A program made the translations under genes and the position numbers. DNA of 64,000 nt, from NCBI GenBank assembly GCA_019358935.1, contig JAHHIK010000022.1, positions 1 through 64,000 of the forward strand. The letters are read 5' to 3'. Source of the DNA: Tolypothrix carrinoi HA7290-LM1. GTDB taxonomy: Bacteria; Cyanobacteriota; Cyanobacteriia; Cyanobacteriales; Nostocaceae. The notes beneath the pieces are model-generated. The model did no database searches. It saw only the letters and a program-made list of their open reading frames with translations, and was not told where the DNA came from. Each line of letters begins with the position of its first letter. Position 1 is the stretch's first letter. Shown here in pieces: positions 55,947 through 64,000 of this stretch.

Positions 55947-56069
55947 TCCTCATTTGACTTGCTTTTTTAAAAAATAGACTGCTTGCTTTAGTGGTTGTTT
56001 AATGCCTAAGTAGCTGCAATAAAAACAAAGCCCCGAAATTCTGAATTGCCGGCGGCGCGATCGCCTATC

Positions 56070-56094
56070 ATTAAAAGCCCGTGCAGGCTTTAAT
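56070..56094. terminator. Hairpin, probable minus-strand terminator
   Basis: ATTAAAAGCCCGTGCAGGCTTTAAT. Confidence 0.5.
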
Positions 56095-56450
56095 AGTAAT
56101 TAGACGGCAACATCAGAGTCGTCAGGTACTTTAGCAAGAAGTCTCATTTTTTATCTTCGATTTCAAGAGCGTTAAATAAAGCGAGAACTCCAACAGACGC
56201 GATCGCGCTAGAGACGTTGCCCTATACCCTCACTCCTGATGGGTAGGCTTACAAGCAAGGAACAACTCGATGACGCTTTTTAAGTGCGCCTTAACGCCAA
56301 GATTAATTTTACAACAAATGGGTAATGGGGATTTTAAAGAGGGGGAAAGGGGAAAGGGAAAAGGGTAAGAAAGAAGAAATATTTCTCCCCCTTGTCCCCC
56401 TTGTCCTCCTTGTCCTCCTTGTCCCCCACTCGGACACTCCCCCACTCCCC

Positions 56451-58367
56451 CTACTTCCCAGGTGGACATAGTTGCTGCACTTTTTGAGGAAGTTGACGGC
56501 ACGTTTGCTGGAATCCTTGAGGATTAAGTTGCGACCAAGCAAACAATCCCATCGTACTTCCTACCAGCAGCGCTAACATTCCGGACAGTAGCACCCAAAC
56601 CTTACCGCGACGTGGTTTTTTAACTTCAGTTGGAGTTGCAGAAACGGCAGGTGCTTCGGCTGATGGAATGTCTAAATCTAGTAGCGCTTGCGAACTATCT
56701 GTCAACTCTGGTTGTGCTGATGATGATTTTTCTTCTATCACGTCCGCTGGTGGTAGCGAGGGAGTCACAGCCACCAAGTATTCTGGAGATACACGGCAAT
56801 GGGTAAGCACAACCGAAATATTATCATGACCATTTTTCTGATTTGCCAAATTAATCCAGTTGTAAGCCGCATCTTCTGGGGAAATTTCACCTTTTAACAC
56901 TGGTACTGCATATTCCTGCCAGTGATTTTCCACCAAGTTGTTATCACTCAGTCCATCGGAACACAGCAGTAATATGCCATCTTCTTCTAAGATGAATCGC
57001 TGAATCACAAAACGCAGAAATTCGCCATCTTTTGTCCCCAAAGCTTGGGTAAGGGAATAAGCATCTGGACGTTGTAGTGCTTTACGATACAGACTGCGGG
57101 CATAGCGTACTTCCCGCGATGCTACATCATCATCTACTGTCAGTAACTGGCAGTAGTTGGGTGTAATCCAGTATGCGCGGCTATCACCGACACTTGCCAA
57201 GTAAAGTTCGTGGGTATTCTGTGAGTCGCATCCAGGGGTTATCTCGACTTGTTGCGGCACTTGTACAGCCATAACGACGGTTGTTGCCATGCGTTCTCTA
57301 CCTTGGCGTTTTTGGTCGTCGTTGCAAGCGCAAATTACGTTATTTACAACCCGCAAACTTGCTTCTAGTTGCTGCTGTAACAATTCTGGCGATACTAGTT
57401 CAGTTTGTTGTGCTACTTCTGCTAGTAAGGCGCGAATTTGCAACTTCAGAGATTGTACTGCTAATTGGCTGGCAACTTCACCGCCTTCGTGTCCGCCGAT
57501 ACCATCGCACACAATCGATAAGCGCGGTAGTAAGGGATCGTCTGAGTCACCAAAGGCTATGGGATAGCAAGTGTCTTCATTTTGCTTGAGTTGGGAACCG
57601 CTATCTGTTGCTCCTGCGACTTTTAGATTTAATGGCAATTGCGCGGCTGATGATAATAATAACTGATTGAGTTGAGTTGCGATCGCTTTTAACTCAATTT
57701 CTCCGTCTTCGCACATTGAATCGACTATTTTCTGCAAAGTTGGTGCTACTTCTGGTTTAGCTACAGCTACAATCGGCTTCCAGCACTCACCCAACTGTTG
57801 AAGACTCGGCTGTTCTGACTCATAAAGTTCCAAGAGTCGCACACACCAACCTTGTACTCGCAGGTTGTCGGGAAACAGTAAACTCAGGGCAACTTTGAAT
57901 TCTGATAGAGGTTGCCAAAGTTGAATAATTTGCCACAGCAAGTTTACTTGTCGAACTGGAGTTGCTTGTTCCCATGCGTCGGCGATCGCTGGATATAAAT
58001 TTCCAGTTTCATCTATGGGCACATTTTCCAGTAAAAGTATATCATCCGCAAATCCATAAACTTGAGGCAGATGAGAGCGATCGCTCGACAAGCGTAAGTA
58101 AGGAATAATTGCTTTTGGTAATTCTTCGGGTATATCTGGCAGCTGTCCTGGTTGAATATCCAGCCAAATTTGCGATGTAATTACCTCATATCTATCTTTT
58201 ATTAGTTCTCCCGGTCGAATAACTTGATGTTCACCAGTTGCCCAAATATAACGATGAATTAAAGGAGTTTGACAACTTGCACACAATTTGCTATTTCCCA
58301 CAGAATTGATGGGATTAGTACAGCCAGGATTCGTGCAATAAATTATCCGCTCTTGTGATGAAATCAT
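56451..58367 (-). CDS. PP2C-family Ser/Thr phosphatase with N-terminal Cys4 region and C-terminal TM
   Basis: CTNPGC..CASC, NED, VCDGIGGHEGGEVAS, VGDSRAY, LCSDGLSD, GHDNIS. Confidence 0.93.
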   Translation of the reverse strand: MISSQERIIYCTNPGCTNPINSVGNSKLCASCQTPLIHRYIWATGEHQVIRPGELIKDRYEVITSQIWLDIQPGQLPDIPEELPKAIIPYLRLSSDRSHLPQVYGFADDILLLENVPIDETGNLYPAIADAWEQATPVRQVNLLWQIIQLWQPLSEFKVALSLLFPDNLRVQGWCVRLLELYESEQPSLQQLGECWKPIVAVAKPEVAPTLQKIVDSMCEDGEIELKAIATQLNQLLLSSAAQLPLNLKVAGATDSGSQLKQNEDTCYPIAFGDSDDPLLPRLSIVCDGIGGHEGGEVASQLAVQSLKLQIRALLAEVAQQTELVSPELLQQQLEASLRVVNNVICACNDDQKRQGRERMATTVVMAVQVPQQVEITPGCDSQNTHELYLASVGDSRAYWITPNYCQLLTVDDDVASREVRYARSLYRKALQRPDAYSLTQALGTKDGEFLRFVIQRFILEEDGILLLCSDGLSDNNLVENHWQEYAVPVLKGEISPEDAAYNWINLANQKNGHDNISVVLTHCRVSPEYLVAVTPSLPPADVIEEKSSSAQPELTDSSQALLDLDIPSAEAPAVSATPTEVKKPRRGKVWVLLSGMLALLVGSTMGLFAWSQLNPQGFQQTCRQLPQKVQQLCPPGK

Positions 58368-58624
58368 GCAGCTATAAGTTAAAGGTTTAAATCAACCGCA
58401 GTTTTTTCGATTACATCTGGCTGTCACATGATTGTTGTTTGGTGCTGTTTTGAGTAAGTTATGGTTGCAATTTTTGGTATAAATTGTCTAGGCAACGCTA
58501 AGAACGTTTAGTTATTTACACTTACTTAATTATGCTTTCATATCTGTTTGTGCGATCGCCACAATGTAGTCGAAAATTCAGTCCTGCAATTCTAGCCGAA
58601 AGATTAACATAAATTTCATCATTT

Positions 58625-58800
58625 GGGATGAGGGGGGATGGGGGGAGTGGGGGAGTGGGGGAGGGGGGGATGGGGAAGACAAGGAAGAGGGGGAAGACAA
58701 GGAGGAGGAATTTCCCCCTTGTCCCCCTTGTCTCCCTTGTCCCCCTTGTCCCCCTTGTCTCCCTTGTCCCCCTTGTCCCCCTGCCCCCTCTCCCCCCCCT
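58625..58800. repeat. G-rich octamers and CCCTTGTC(C/T) nonamer array
   Basis: Read directly; a related array lies at 56386-56425. Confidence 0.85.
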
Positions 58801-58802
58801 CC

Positions 58803-59198
58803 TCACTCCGCAGCTTGTGCCATTTGACATTGACTGCACAAACCAAAAAACTCTAAAGTGTGGTAAAAAATCTTAAACTTATGAGTGCCTTGTAATTGTT
58901 CTTCTAGGTCATGGACTGGGCATTGATTTATCGGAATTGAGATACCGCATTGCAAGCAAGTCATGTGATGCTTGTCTTGCTGCGCTAGGCTATAAAGGGC
59001 TTCACCGTTAGCCAATGTCCGCACTTGTACCAAGCCTTCCATTTTTAAAGCTTCCAAAGAGCGGTAAACTGTTGCTAAACCCATGCTTTGGTTGCGGTTA
59101 CGCAGTTCTACGTAAATATCCTGCGCGGAAATGCCTTGCTTGATGGTTTTCAGAAGGCTCAAGATACGATCTTGACTGCGGGTGCGTATGGCTCTCAT
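58803..59198 (-). CDS. zur: Fur-family zinc uptake regulator (Zur/FurB)
   Basis: GLATVYRSL, HHMTCLQCG, CPVH, HTLEFFGLCSQC. Confidence 0.88.
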   Translation of the reverse strand: MRAIRTRSQDRILSLLKTIKQGISAQDIYVELRNRNQSMGLATVYRSLEALKMEGLVQVRTLANGEALYSLAQQDKHHMTCLQCGISIPINQCPVHDLEEQLQGTHKFKIFYHTLEFFGLCSQCQMAQAAE

Positions 59199-59343
59199 AG
59201 ACTATTGTTTAAATTTGCCACTGTGGTTGAAGCTGTAAACTTGCTAATTAGATAAATCAACAAGTTAGCGCTTCTTCATCTTATTTTCACTCACTTGGAA
59301 CAGAAAGTTATAGTATAGCGATCGCAGCATTCAGCAAAAGCCT

Positions 59344-59622
59344 GTGCAAAGGAAATATCTAGCCAAAATTTTTGTGACGCTTCGTCCCTCAGTCTTAGAC
59401 CCTGCTGGTGTGGCTGTACAATCTAGCCTAAAGCAGTTGGGATACGATAACGTTGACTCTGTGCGGATTGGTAAGTACATCGAAGTAATCATCACCGAAC
59501 CTGATGAACGTAAAGCACGTCAAAATTTGGATCGCATCTGTGACCAAATGTTAGCAAATCCCGTGATTGAAAATTATCGCTTTGATTTGATTGAGGTCGA
59601 ATCACAGACGGGAGTATTTTGA
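59344..59622 (+). CDS. purS: Phosphoribosylformylglycinamidine synthase subunit PurS
   Basis: VLDPAG, VRIGKYIE, LANPVIENY. Confidence 0.95.
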   Translation: MQRKYLAKIFVTLRPSVLDPAGVAVQSSLKQLGYDNVDSVRIGKYIEVIITEPDERKARQNLDRICDQMLANPVIENYRFDLIEVESQTGVF

Positions 59623-59631
59623 GAGGGGGGG

Positions 59632-59778
59632 ATGGGTAATGGGTAATGGGTAATGGGTAATGGAGAATGGGTAATGGGTAATGGGTAATGGAGAATGGGT
59701 AATGGAGAATGGGTAATGTACTCTTCTCATTCTTACGTTCCCAATTCCCAATTCCCAATTCCCAATTCCCAATTCCCC
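59632..59778. repeat. Inverted STRR arrays (GGGTAAT)n / (CCCAATT)n
   Basis: Read directly from the sequence. Confidence 0.9.
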
Positions 59779-59786
59779 AATAAAAA

Positions 59787-60464
59787 ATGACTAAATTCGG
59801 TGTTTTGGTTTTTCCGGGTTCTAATTGCGATCGCGATGTTGCTTATGTCACGCGAGACATTCTCAAGCAACCTACTCGCATGGTTTGGCATCAAGATACG
59901 GATATTTCTGATTTGGATGCGATAATTATCCCTGGTGGTTTTAGTTACGGGGATTATCTGCGCTGTGGAGCGATCGCTCGTTTTTCACCTGTGATGCAAC
60001 AAGTTGTCGAACACGCACAAAAGGGTAAGTTTGTCATTGGTATTTGTAATGGATTTCAGGTATTAACTGAAGCCGGACTTTTGCCTGGAGCGTTGGTGAG
60101 AAATCAAGATTTGCATTTTGTGTGCGATCGCTCTCCCCTAAAAGTCGAGCGTACCGATTTACCTTGGACGCAAGCTTATACAAAAGGTGAAATTATCACT
60201 TTGCCAATTGCCCACGGTGAAGGAAGATATCATGCAGATGATGTCACTTTGGCAGAAATTGAAGATAACAATCAAGTTGTCTTTCGTTACGCAGGTGAGA
60301 ATCCTAACGGTTCGTTAAATAATATTGCGGGTATTTGCAATTCAACAGGAAATGTGCTAGGCATGATGCCGCATCCAGAGAGAGCGTCTGACGCAATGTT
60401 GGGTGGTAGCGATGGGTTAAAGTTGTTTTCTGGATTGTTAGAGCAAGTAGCAGCTTTAGTTTAG
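59787..60464 (+). CDS. purQ: Phosphoribosylformylglycinamidine synthase subunit PurQ
   Basis: [36 protein letters not shown]. Confidence 0.96.
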   Translation: MTKFGVLVFPGSNCDRDVAYVTRDILKQPTRMVWHQDTDISDLDAIIIPGGFSYGDYLRCGAIARFSPVMQQVVEHAQKGKFVIGICNGFQVLTEAGLLPGALVRNQDLHFVCDRSPLKVERTDLPWTQAYTKGEIITLPIAHGEGRYHADDVTLAEIEDNNQVVFRYAGENPNGSLNNIAGICNSTGNVLGMMPHPERASDAMLGGSDGLKLFSGLLEQVAALV

Positions 60465-60491
60465 CTCCTACGTTTAATTTCGGTAGCGTTA

Positions 60492-60526
60492 TGGTGACTA
60501 TTAAGACTAATACTGAATAGTCACCA
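60492..60526. promoter_or_regulatory. Inverted repeat between purQ and the 1005-aa gene (terminator or operator)
   Basis: TGGTGACTATT-N13-AATAGTCACCA, immediately before SD AGGAG. Confidence 0.55.
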
Positions 60527-60545
60527 AAAGCTAGGAGTTAACAGG

Positions 60546-63500
60546 GTGAATAGTATCCAACCAGGAAGCGATGATTTAATTTACGTAGATTATACGGATT
60601 TATTATCAAAAATTTTACATTGCTTGCGTGGTCAGAAAGTCTTTAAAATCTCTGATGATAGCGATCGTTTACGCATCGATATTGATAGCATAGCTGCTCA
60701 AGTTGCTACTTCTTTGCAGGTAGAAAATCCTTTAGGTGTTTCTGCTAACAGCGCCAAAGCTGCTACAGTTAATTTTAGTCCGGGTTTTAAAGAAAACTTT
60801 CCCAGTCAAATTCAACAAATAAGAGATTGTCTTAAGCAGATATTAGAATCTGCACTAGGAAATAGTACCTCAATTGAGCAGTTTGTAGGCAACTTAGTTA
60901 CAGATTTGCAGAATTTTAAAGGTGATAAGGCTGATTTAGACTTTACTTATCCCTTTCTACCGCATCAAGGGTTACAAAAACAGCGCTTAAGTTTCAATAG
61001 CGAAAATGCTGCAAATAAAGAACTTTTGAAAGTTCACAAACTGACTATCACTGTGCAGAATACCCGTAATTTTAACAAACAGTTGCAGCAAGGTTTAGCA
61101 CATTATATTAACGAGCAATTTAGTAGTGCAAGTGCCGGGGAAAAAGAAGATATTGAATACATTCTTGAAGATTTGGAGAAAGAGAGTAACTCTGATTTTT
61201 ACCGCTTGCGGGATATTGTCAATCAGGAAACTCTGGGAAAACTCAAAAAACAAGCACAGATAAATTATTTAGAGTTTCTCCACGAGAATATTAATATTAG
61301 TGCTAGCGCTGCTTACGCTGAAGGTGCTATATATCTCCAAGACCTGATTAGACGACTAAAGCTGATAGAAGAATATATTAACGATACCACCAAAGCTGAT
61401 GGTGATTACTTAGTTAACTATGCAGGTACTTCAGTTAATTATAGAGATTTATTTTCTCGTGGTGAAGCTTTTGAAATATTGCCAATTATCCCCAAGATAG
61501 AAGGTTACTTAGGAGAAACTAAAGATGAAAACCGAGGAGAAATTCAATTTATCTTTGGTCTGAAGCTGAAATTTGATGGTAAAGTGCAAGCGTATGGTGG
61601 CAAAAATGTCTTTGAATATCATCTGAATCTGTTTAACCCAGAGAGTAAGGAACATCAAGTGGGAATCGCAGATGCTAAGAAGGAAACATTTGCGAGAAAA
61701 GTTTTAAAAATAGCGTTTTTATACTATTTTTTGTTTGCAAGTCGCAATAACCCAGAAAAAGATGATTACAACCCAAATGCTGAATTAGAATACGATCCTA
61801 TTGCTGGATTTGAGAAAAATGTAATCCAGATTCTTAAGGGTTCTGACGAAGCTGCAAAACAACAGCTTTTTCAGAATATTTACAAATATTTTCAGAAATT
61901 TAAAGTTCAAAGAAAAATCAATCTCCTCAAAGGGTTGCTGCGAAATCTCATCAAGCGAAAGACTAGCTTTCCGATGCGAGAGTATCCTTTGCATATTTCT
62001 GTGAAAAAAAGCATCCTTGAGGACAATAAAAGCAATATCTTTAATAACAATACATTCTTCAAACCTGTCTTGAGAGGAAACCCGAAAGAAGTTTTGAAGT
62101 ATATATCTATTGGGGAAGCGAAAGCACAGACAAACTCGCTTTGTACTCTTCCAGCGAAAATTACAATCAGTGATATTCATTTTTTTGCTACCGATGACCG
62201 AGAAACCTTTGGTATGGAGTACGATTTAACAAGTATCCGTGCTTTACCTATACTTTTTGCTCCTCTAAAAGATAAAAAATGCCAAGAGATTTACAATCAA
62301 CATTTCATCCAGCGTAAACTGATATTATTTCCCTACAGTTTAGAAAGTAATAAACTAGAATCTCACCAAGCTTTTGTTTATCGCTTTACCTTTTGCTTAC
62401 TTGCTTATATCAGTTTGCGGGTATTGTTAGAAAAGCAGAAGATGTTATTTATCCCGATTTTTCGGTTGCATTTAAATAACAAGCAAGACGATGCACCTAT
62501 AGAGAAATTTATCGTGTCTTTGTCTTGTGTATTATCTCATTTATTAAACGAGAAACATCGGTCTAATGCACAAGGAATTGACATTAGAGACTTGCAAAAG
62601 TTAGGTAAATTTAAAGTTCCGAATGTTCTGAGTTCGTTATATTCTGTCTTGCCGAAAAAATTTACCTTTGTCAATGCGTCAGACTCTCCGCAACTGGATA
62701 AATTAGCGATTGTGATAGTATCTAGTCGAGAAAGCGATCGCAAATGGGTTAGTTCTCAAAAAATCTCCAATTTGATGGGAGAAATTATGGGAGTTAGACG
62801 TCAAGATAATGCTGTCAGAGTGCAGTTACTCAAAACTTTCTCAGACAACTACGATAACCAACAAATGTTTACATATCCCAGCGTTGTCATTGAAGAAGTA
62901 GCGAAACTTTACAAAATGGGATTCAAGCACTTTCTCTATATTGCCAAAGCACCTTATTCGAGTACATTGCACATGACACAGACTGAGGATGATGACGGAT
63001 TATTCTTCATGTCAAGAGATGTGATTAAGGCTTTAAAAGCAGAACACAAAGACATCAAGATATATCCGATGTTTTTTGATAAGTACTATGCGGTTAAGCT
63101 TCCAGAGAAACTCAAGTCAAGTTCATTATATATTCAAGATACGATAGAACTGACAAATTTAGTCAATGACCCTAGCAAGCAATCTGTCGTGTTTTTTAAC
63201 TTGTTTAATGGAATTGAGGTTCCGGGTGAGGAAAAAAACTACAATGGTGTTATTTCCTATGCAACGTTATTAAATATTTACAAAGGCATTCTGGATGATG
63301 AAGACATTAGGAAAGGTTTGATTTTCAATGGGTCATTAAAAAACGACATCTTGCAATATTTAACTTTATTCCACTTTTTCCGATACCAAAAAGCTTCTAA
63401 AGACATTCATCTCAAGCTTGACCCTTACGAAAATCTCATCGGAGAAGAATCTGTGGGTAAACTCTCTCTGTTTAATCATATGAGAGGAAAAAGCGAGTTT

Positions 63501-63563
63501 AACTCATTAGCGTTTTTAACTTATGTGAATAAAGTATTAAACGCAGAGTCACGCAAAGGTTAA
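60546..63563 (+). CDS. 1005-aa protein; C-terminal third resembles a divergent, inactive MID-PIWI (Argonaute-like) module
   Basis: Long ORF with SD AGGAG and GTG start (the CDS itself is secure); the PIWI resemblance is a by-eye motif-order inference. Confidence 0.7.
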   Translation: MNSIQPGSDDLIYVDYTDLLSKILHCLRGQKVFKISDDSDRLRIDIDSIAAQVATSLQVENPLGVSANSAKAATVNFSPGFKENFPSQIQQIRDCLKQILESALGNSTSIEQFVGNLVTDLQNFKGDKADLDFTYPFLPHQGLQKQRLSFNSENAANKELLKVHKLTITVQNTRNFNKQLQQGLAHYINEQFSSASAGEKEDIEYILEDLEKESNSDFYRLRDIVNQETLGKLKKQAQINYLEFLHENINISASAAYAEGAIYLQDLIRRLKLIEEYINDTTKADGDYLVNYAGTSVNYRDLFSRGEAFEILPIIPKIEGYLGETKDENRGEIQFIFGLKLKFDGKVQAYGGKNVFEYHLNLFNPESKEHQVGIADAKKETFARKVLKIAFLYYFLFASRNNPEKDDYNPNAELEYDPIAGFEKNVIQILKGSDEAAKQQLFQNIYKYFQKFKVQRKINLLKGLLRNLIKRKTSFPMREYPLHISVKKSILEDNKSNIFNNNTFFKPVLRGNPKEVLKYISIGEAKAQTNSLCTLPAKITISDIHFFATDDRETFGMEYDLTSIRALPILFAPLKDKKCQEIYNQHFIQRKLILFPYSLESNKLESHQAFVYRFTFCLLAYISLRVLLEKQKMLFIPIFRLHLNNKQDDAPIEKFIVSLSCVLSHLLNEKHRSNAQGIDIRDLQKLGKFKVPNVLSSLYSVLPKKFTFVNASDSPQLDKLAIVIVSSRESDRKWVSSQKISNLMGEIMGVRRQDNAVRVQLLKTFSDNYDNQQMFTYPSVVIEEVAKLYKMGFKHFLYIAKAPYSSTLHMTQTEDDDGLFFMSRDVIKALKAEHKDIKIYPMFFDKYYAVKLPEKLKSSSLYIQDTIELTNLVNDPSKQSVVFFNLFNGIEVPGEEKNYNGVISYATLLNIYKGILDDEDIRKGLIFNGSLKNDILQYLTLFHFFRYQKASKDIHLKLDPYENLIGEESVGKLSLFNHMRGKSEFNSLAFLTYVNKVLNAESRKG

Positions 63564-63634
63564 CGCAAAGGTTCGCAGAGTTCTCTTGTCTTTCTCTGCG
63601 TTACTCTGCGCTTCCCTCTGCGTTACTTTGCGTT
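63540..63634. repeat. Inverted pair of ACGCA[AG]AG / CT[CT]TGCG repeats (family also at about 10519, 18388, 25342, 27839)
   Basis: AACGCAGAG..ACGCAAAG..CGCAGAG faces CTCTGCG..CTTTGCGTT; supplies the stop codon of the upstream gene. Confidence 0.75.
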
Positions 63635-63651
63635 TAGAAAAGGAGATTATA

Positions 63652-64000
63652 ATGAAATCAAAAATAGCAGAAGATTTAGGACGTTTGTTTGAAGTAGGAT
63701 TCAATATTGGAATTCTTGCCTATATTGAACAAAACAAAATTAAGCACAAATTTGCAAACTTATATCGTCAGGAATTGCAACAGCTAAAGTTTCCCAAAAT
63801 GCGGTTGCGAGTTGTAGATAAAGTTATCAGCACTGTAGAAAGAGAAATGGCTGAAACTTGGAGTACATTCTTTTTACAAAAAGGCTTTTTGAGTGGCTTT
63901 AATTTTTTTCATGAATACTTGAAATCTACAAATTGGCTTGAACCTCACAGACTAAGAAATTTAGAAATATTATATTATCAATGTAGGTTTAGCGGTGATA
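63652..64000 (+). CDS. 5' part of a partner protein (MKSKIAEDLGRLFEVGFNIGILAY...), truncated by the window edge
   Basis: SD AAGGAG and ATG at 63652, 116 codons open to the end; absent from the ORF track. Confidence 0.85.
   Translation, partial: MKSKIAEDLGRLFEVGFNIGILAYIEQNKIKHKFANLYRQELQQLKFPKMRLRVVDKVISTVEREMAETWSTFFLQKGFLSGFNFFHEYLKSTNWLEPHRLRNLEILYYQCRFSGD

Noticed and set aside
56065..56310. tmRNA, 6S, SRP or RNase P RNA
   Set aside because: I see none of their conserved terminal or core sequences.

Overview
This 64-kb window comes from a filamentous cyanobacterium, most likely Nostocales: HIP1 GCGATCGC sites are abundant, as are STRR heptamer arrays and small dispersed repeats. From left to right it holds: (1) a decayed, HIP1-free, phage-like element (1-4.8 kb) with a Pro/Thr mucin-like protein broken by one in-frame stop, an intact 184-aa unknown protein, a frameshifted small membrane protein and a GT60-type polypeptide GlcNAc-transferase; (2) a fully pseudogenised AraC/TonB-receptor/PepSY iron-uptake cassette, plus an intact paralogous cassette in the opposite orientation; (3) a Wzx/Wzc/Wzy exopolysaccharide cluster with a GH5; (4) natB, with an intact TnpB-only IS200/IS605-family element inserted between its Shine-Dalgarno and start codon, then tRNA-Ser(GCT), crtB/crtP, rlpA and nagZ; (5) a 33-bp HIP1 tandem array beside two toxin-antitoxin pairs whose toxins are both truncated; (6) housekeeping genes (mutL, adenosine deaminase, hybrid kinase, purA, rplY, ftrV, PP2C, zur, purS, purQ); (7) at the right edge, a HIP1-poor 1005-aa protein followed by a partner ORF that runs off the window. 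The C-terminal third of the 1005-aa protein follows the motif order of a highly divergent, catalytically inactive MID-PIWI (Argonaute-like) module, and it is the best candidate for an undescribed system. All family calls come from reading motifs by eye; no searches were run.
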